This document shows, piece after piece, positions 60,182 through 64,000 of a DNA stretch of 64,000 bases. This DNA comes from Eledone cirrhosa (Eukaryota). Position 1 is the stretch's first letter. Every line of letters starts with the position of its first letter. The stretch is taken from contig OZ024764.1 of the NCBI GenBank assembly GCA_964016885.1, forward strand, positions 20,956,001-21,020,000, written 5' to 3'. The notes beneath the pieces are model-generated. The model made no database searches and was not told the origin of the DNA. It saw nothing but the letters and a program-made list of their open reading frames with translations. The position numbers and the translations under genes are program-made.

Positions 60182-60794
60182 TTAAGGAAATTAGGTGTAG
60201 AAGAATGACTTGTTAGAAGCTGTCAGTAAAGTGTTTTTAGTGAGGAATTGTAGGTACAGGTAGGAGTTCATCATGGTTTAGTTCTTAGCCCACTGTTGTT
60301 CATCATAGTTCTCCAAGCCATAACAGAGAGGTTTAAGACTGGCTGTCTATTCTGAGAATATACTTAGCCAAAACTAAAGTGGTAATGGATAGGAGAGAAG
60401 ACCCTGACAACTTCAGGAAAGTGGCCCTGCTCCATATGTAGAAAAGGAATAAGTAGAGATAACCACAATGACAGAGACCTAGTTATAATAGCAGGGGACT
60501 TCACTGGTCATGTTGGACAGCTCCAGGATGGATACACTGGGGTACATGGTGGTCATGGTTATGGCTCAAGAAACGAAGAAGGAGTGAGGCTTCTTGTATT
60601 TTGTGATGCAAGTGAACTAACCATTTGCAACACTTCAAGAAACCTACCAACCACCTAATAACCTACCAATCAGGTGAGCACATGAGACAGATTGACTTCT
60701 TGCTAGTTAGGGAGTAAGACAGATAGATGGTGTCAAATACTAAGGCATACCCCAGGGAACAAAGTAGCAGGAAACGACTAGATTTGTAGATAAA

Positions 60795-62640
60795 GGATGA
60801 TACAATGAAAGATAAATTCCTTCAATGTTGCAATATTAAAGAAAATGTAAAGGAAGGGGTGGACAACGGAGCCAACACCAGAGCAAAAGACAGCAACGAG
60901 GGGTACTGGAAAACCTCTCTAATGAGTTTTGAGGCAAGCCAGCACACTGGCAGTGTTACCTCGGGTGATGACGAGGCTGAGGTGCTGGGACAGCCAAGCG
61001 CCCTCGCGATTTCGCCAGTTACCTCTATAAGGCGAGCCGCCAGTGAGGAAAGGAACCTCACAGTCAGCGGCCCAACTCCCCAAACGTCTCGAAAGCCACA
61101 GGCTGAAAAATGTAGATGGTCGACAGATCAGAGTATTTGAGGGTCTTACTCCGCTCGGCTGCTTACTCCGGTCCTACTCTTACTCCGCTTGGCCACGGGT
61201 AAGACATCGACCCAGTCACCGGAGTATTTGGCGCTGGCAGATGGTAAGCGGCACCTTGCAGACTGATCTGAGAGGACGAAGAGGGAGTCGAAGGTGGCAT
61301 ACCAACGTATCCTGTCCCAAGTTCTCTGACTTCGACTGTCCTCCACCTTCTCAGGAAGAGACAAGCCCAACTCACTTCATTGCTGGAGAGCTTCACACAA
61401 CTCCCTGTTGGAACTAGTCCATGTTGGAGAGGAGAGGATGCTGCAAGCTTGGGTGGAGGAAAGGAAGCAGGGGAGAGAGAGGGACGAACACTTACTAACA
61501 TTGACCAGACACTCGAGTCTCTCGAAGATTAGGTCGTCGAAGCGTTGGAGGCAGGATGGAAATCTGTGAGAGGGGCTGACCCTGAGCAGATACAGAAGCT
61601 TAGGAATAGACAGGTAGTTCCTGAGTAAGAAGAAACCTTGATGGGGTTCGATATCTTCAATATTCCTCAGCAGCTGCTCAAGGCCAACCATCTTCGATTG
61701 GATGGTTGACTCGAAGGCCAGGTCTGTGATCGGGGCTCCTAAGGAGCTTTGATTTGGAGAAGCCCCGGGGGGCTGTGGCAAAGTCGTCGGTAGAGTGTTA
61801 GTCATCCCCACGGAATAGTCAGAGCTGAAGTGGCACCGATGACAGGTCCAGTGTTGGAGCCTTTCGGTTTGAGCTTTGGCTTGCGTGGCATAGGTGACAT
61901 TTAATTGTCTTTAAGTACTGGTTAGTGCGGGCACAGAGGGCGCAATCAGGTGGCGGGCTGGCAACAGCCGGCAGTAGAGGGCCAGCGTTGGAATTCGGTG
62001 AAGGGAGTGAGTCAGTAAAGGAGACAGCACTGGTTCTAACGGTGGGACTAAAGCGGGGGTTGGGTGGTGAGCTAGCAGTTGTAGGGGTGGTGTGGTTGGC
62101 CGGGTTGGATTCGTTCGGAATCTGCCGTGAAGGAGAGGAGGGGTAGGTGGGGTCAAGTTAGCTCCTCTCGTGCATGCTGCAGTTGGTGGAGAATGAGAGG
62201 TCGGAGGCTGACCGGTTGTCACATTAGTCGTTCCACCAAGCAGGTCTCTTGGTCGTTCAACGCATGCCACCGCCACCTAGAGTGGACTAGGTTAAAGTGG
62301 TGGCAACTTTAGCAATCGGCAATCGCCGGTGATAGTTCGGTCGAAACATCGGGCCACCGGCGGGTTGAACGAATACCTAGGTGGGCTGTGCGCGAGGAGG
62401 AAGTAAGGGTTGAGCAAGGGGAGGGATGGAAGGTGGAGAAGGAGTGAGAAGATGATGAGTGCTTGGAGAGGAGTGTGGTCATGTGAGAGGCAGGTAAATA
62501 CAGTGGGAGAGAAAGAGCACTGAACATGCAAAGAGAAGGAAAATAAAAACGCTAGAAATACAAAATCTAAGGCTGTGAGTTTGTGTAATAGTTCGCATGG
62601 GTAAATCCGCAGTAAAAACCGAAATTGTGAGTTTGTGTAA
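60795..62640 (-). mobile_element. CRE-like element duplicate with internal deletions
   Basis: Collinear with 18275-21820 but missing about 18645-19025, about 19585-20897 and part of the PHD finger. Confidence 0.85.
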
Positions 62641-63618
62641 AAAAGAAAAAAGAAAAAAAACATGGGCAAGACTTGAGTAAAATCAAAACCTGAATGATAG
62701 TGATACAAGATGTTTACAATTACGGAGTGATTACATTACTGGACCTGAATTCTATCAAGTGGTCAAAGCTTCTAATTCTGTGAAATAGAATGGAAGTATG
62801 GATTGACCTTTCAGTCACACCTGACTATAAATAGATTCAGGTTATTTCAAGAGGGAGATGGGATGGTTCCTCGCCATTTATAATTATTTATATTTTATAT
62901 TTGGGGGGTTTGATTTTGAAAAATTGTAAGTGTATGTTAAGGAGGAAAGTATAATTGTGTGATACAATTGCTCCAGGTTGGTTCCCTACGTTGTTGCCAC
63001 AAACAATTCTTTTTTCCTCCGAACATCTGTTATTCCTCTCCGTAGATTATAAATGGTAAAATCCGTTCGATCCAACCGAATGGAAAATCCAGTTCCTTGA
63101 AGAATATTTTGAGTTGTCTCGGACAAAGCAAAAAAAGGGGAAAGTTGAAAATGTTTACCTCGTTTGGTGGTCAATTGCCATCTCCCACTGTGTTTTTCTT
63201 TCCTTTATCATTATTGTTCAATAAATTATATTATTATACACAGTTTAGACAATATATTTGTAATGTCTTTCTCAAGGAATTGCCAGCAATTTATAATGTT
63301 ATTTACACACTTATGTTATTTATGTATATATTTAAAACATATTTACAACGTTATTCTACTGTAAATTTATACAATTGTAATAAAATATATTAATTATATC
63401 ATCACATAATATAAAAACGACCTTTACAATATTTAAATATTTAGTTTTGTTAATTTATTTTTCAGCAACAACAAAAGTTTTCACTTTAATTAATTAGAGG
63501 TAGGTAAAATATAGATAATTACGATAACATTTTATATTTCCAGTAATGAAACAAACAAGAAAATATATATTTGTGATGTGAAAAGTGAGCTTAAATCTAC
63601 AATATTAATAGACATAAT

Positions 63619-63750
63619 ACTTACATTATAGTCTCAGGTGTTTAGTATTTACAGAAATGTTGTCTAAATGATGTTGTAGGAAGACTAACACGTGGACAGG
63701 AAGTCGACAACAGCACCACTGCGCATGCTTCAATGTTTTTTTGTGACGTA
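63619..63750 (-). promoter_or_regulatory. Putative promoter/exon 1/donor copy upstream of ZF6
   Basis: Donor at 63619-63624, CACGTG at 63689, CAGGAAGT, TGCGCATGC at 63720, TGACGT. Confidence 0.5.
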
Positions 63751-64000
63751 AAAATATTTTTACCGAATTAAATTATGTAAAGTTTGTAATAAAAAAAATG
63801 AAAGTTTAAATCAGTAAATGTAATTAAAATAGAGAAAGTAAGGTGTTGGTGATGAAATTAAAATAGGACAGCTAAGTACTCTTACAGAGATCACCGGGTA
63901 TCTCGGTAAGATCGCGTCACGTGGAGGCTAAACCACCAGAACAGCTAAGTACCCTCACAAGAGTCATCGGGTACTTCGGTAAAGCCAGCCGCCAACAGTG

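Overview
Animal genomic DNA, most likely an octopus or other coleoid cephalopod. This is inferred from the [24 protein letters not shown] finger consensus, the effector-less single-exon C2H2 arrays and the repeat content; it is not proven. The window is a tandem cluster of six paralogous C2H2 zinc-finger genes, here called ZF1-ZF6, all starting [10 protein letters not shown]. Five lie on the minus strand and one (ZF4) is locally inverted. They arose by repeated duplication of a cassette: promoter and non-coding exon 1, an intron with a CRE-like retroelement and a 39-bp minisatellite, an acceptor and long leader, the finger array, and a 3' flank with an 82-bp minisatellite and a Helitron. Only ZF2 keeps the whole structure and an open frame. 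The others carry an in-frame TGA, frameshifts, an inversion or a LINE insertion. The rest of the window is transposon-derived: RTE, CR1/L2-like and CRE-like LINEs, Tigger/pogo, hAT, Merlin, a piggyBac-type MITE, Helitrons and SINEs. The most interesting signals are finger shuffling between paralogs, two large inverted-repeat arrangements that could yield dsRNA, a single TGA inside an otherwise open 21-finger frame, a LINE-donated poly-His tail, a PHD finger in the CRE-like element, and minisatellites born from defined retroelement motifs. Coordinates were read by eye; ends without TIR/TSD support are approximate.
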